NCBI RefSeq assembly: GCF_035594765.1
Contig: NC_085841.1
Coordinates: 47,351,636 to 47,415,635, forward strand
Source: Anolis carolinensis
Lineage: Eukaryota
Reading direction: 5' to 3'
DNA length: 64,000 nt
Under the pieces are notes generated by a model, which saw only the letters and a program-made list of their open reading frames with translations, made no database searches and had not been told where the DNA came from. This document shows positions 62,642 through 64,000 of the stretch, one piece after another (the first letter of the stretch is position 1; each line of letters starts with the position of its first letter). A program made the position numbers and the translations under genes.

Positions 62642-64000
62642 AGTGATGGGTCTACACTACAGGACAGGCAAAAATATATGATGCAGAATCACATTTTAAT
62701 AGCTGTGGACAAATCTGGACACCCCCCCCCCCCCACCACCACCACCTTCAACAAAACTGTGCATTAGAAAGGTGCATGTAGTGCTACAAAAAGTGGAAAT
62801 AAAATGTTCAAGCAATTAATACTATTTAAAGCCTGCACACTAAAAATAATGGAATGTAAAAAAGAAAGAATGTTAAAACAGCCCTGGGCACTAGCTAGAT
62901 GTAGAGATGGGAAAGGGAAAATGTAAGCAGGGATCAGATGAGTTTACATCTGTAATCTGTAGAGTAGTAGGCTGGGATGAGATATCTGTTTTGAGACTGA
63001 GAGTTGTGGATATGTGCAACCATGTGTATTTTTTACATGTACCATTCATTACTGTTTCCACCAGGAATTCCTTTTGTAGATTCTGTTTTGACCAGTCCTT
63101 TTGCAACATGGGCTCTATTCTGCCAAAATGGTTGTTTTCATTTAAAATTCTCTAAATACACCCTCATCCTCTTTTTACTTTTTGTTATTTATTATTTATT
63201 TGATGAGATGTCTTTGGATTTTCTGATGAAAGAGAGAAATCCCTGCTTGAATGTATGAATAAATACCCATTTACAATAACTTTGTATGTGTACAGCTGTT
63301 AAGGGACGACATCTCTGTGGGAGGTGGATCCTATGGCTACTCAGCCTTCCTGCCTTTTGGGGATATGGCAGCTCTGCCATTTTGCCAGAAAATATTAATG
63401 TATGTAAACATTTTTCAAAGTGCATTACATCTTCCTATGAGCATTTTATTATACCTCCACAAATCTGACTGAGTTTGAAAGATTGGTGAACATGGAGCAA
63501 GGAGGGAACTGGAAAAAGAGAGGAGGGAGTGAAATAGGCTCACCAAGCTGCTGTAATTCAAAGCAAGGCAAAATCAGATTGTGTGCTTTGGCTAATTTTC
63601 TTATTCAGCTATTGATCCAATGGCTGCTCCAGAGTCTATTAGCAGTCAGCCAGTGAAAATATTTCCCATCGGGGGTTCTGACCTGAGACGGGGGTGAATC
63701 TATAGCAATTTGTTCAAACAGAGGAAAGCTTTTTCCTCTGATTTGTATTCCAATTTGCACTATGTACTGAGAGGGCATTTGCTGGGGGGTTTGCTGGGTG
63801 GTGCTTGTCATGCCTGAGCCAGGTAAACCAGTGGAACAAAGCCCAGTTAATTCTCAGAGCTTTGCACCCTCCATTCAACCCTCTTCATTACCAAGCCAGA
63901 AACAGCTATACGAAGGAGCGCATCAGAGCTCTTGGCCCTGAGCTTGCAGCAGGAAAAACAGTACTTTCTATCTAAAGATGCCAAGTGAGATGCCATTGCA

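Larger units (their letters stand above)
18706..64000 (+). other. MDGA1: MDGA1 intron 1 (continues beyond the window)
   Basis: GT donor at 18706. No segment encoding the expected PAQAQI.HAGQACVVKEDN... exon found by eye. Confidence 0.65.

Overview
Vertebrate genomic DNA, almost certainly a squamate lizard and probably Anolis, judged from Sauria SINEs, Penelope, Vingi and CR1 elements and Anolis-type MITEs. The only host gene I can support is the first coding exon of MDGA1 (+ strand, 18639-18705, signal peptide METLWVLLLSLVPACAKGQGVY then GT donor). It sits in a CpG island, is preceded by a 5-codon uORF, and is followed by an intron that runs past the window end (no exon 2 found by eye). The rest is a dense transposon landscape: a young, nearly intact CR1 LINE; Vingi, L1 and L2 fragments; tRNA- and 5S-derived SINEs; hAT, Tc1/pogo and Harbinger-like MITEs; and a solo LTR. 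Several Penelope-like fragments together carry seven copies of a minimal hammerhead-ribozyme motif, three of them intact. The most striking object is a ~240-bp TSD-flanked mini-Penelope that is a perfect 99-bp-arm palindrome with one intact hammerhead on each strand. Nearly all short ORFs in the track are spurious. Repeat family names come from recognising the sequences, not from a database search.
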